Source: Octopus bimaculoides (lineage: Eukaryota). Taken from it: 64,000 nt of DNA. Shown here piece by piece: positions 63,864-64,000 of this stretch (its first letter is position 1; every line of letters starts with the position of its first letter). The stretch lies in the NCBI RefSeq assembly GCF_001194135.2, contig NC_068984.1:20561921-20625920 (forward strand), in the 5' to 3' direction. The notes beneath the pieces were generated by a model. That model was not told the origin of the DNA. It worked only from the letters and a program-made list of their open reading frames with translations, and made no database searches. A program made the translations under genes and the position numbers.

Positions 63864-64000
63864 TGCATTGCTAAATTTTTTTAATTGTTTGTTGTTTCAG
63901 GTAGCTTTGTGCTTCTTGTATGTGTGTGTATGTGTAAATATAAATATTTTACATCATTGTCATCATTTTTTTAATGGCGAAGGCAAATTTTCTATAACTA

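Noticed and set aside
51690-64000. Search for the N-terminal EVH1 exon (..RAxVMTRDDSxGGW..) and start codon
   Set aside because: No matching minus-strand sequence was found by eye; EGWALP at ~62390 is not in a matching context. The exon is probably beyond the window, though the gap at 60936-61569 cannot be excluded.

Overview
Eukaryotic, AT-rich, microsatellite- and SINE-dense animal DNA. The SINE families and the (TA)n/(CA)n/(GA)n load point to an octopod cephalopod (Octopus-like); this is an inference. One protein-coding gene is supported: a Spred (Sprouty-related, EVH1-domain) gene on the minus strand. Three coding exons join in frame: 51689-51521 (C-terminal half of EVH1), 9852-9800 (53-nt linker exon, absent from the ORF track) and 7190-6291 (linker plus cysteine-rich SPR domain and stop). 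The N-terminal EVH1 exon(s) were not found and probably lie beyond 64000. The rest is intron or 3' flank, filled with four SINE-type families, hAT-type and Merlin-type MITEs with clear TIRs/TSDs, an internally deleted mariner, minisatellites and six N gaps. The most notable non-coding signals are: (i) two related type I hammerhead ribozyme motifs, one with an intact catalytic core on the Spred sense strand inside a 325-bp direct-repeat-bounded unit (Penelope/retrozyme-like) in the ~41.7-kb intron; (ii) a ~14-kb CpG-retaining domain inside an otherwise CpG-depleted gene body; (iii) MITEs carrying internal TTAGGG telomeric repeats. Nearly all other ORFs in the track are translations of microsatellites or repeats.
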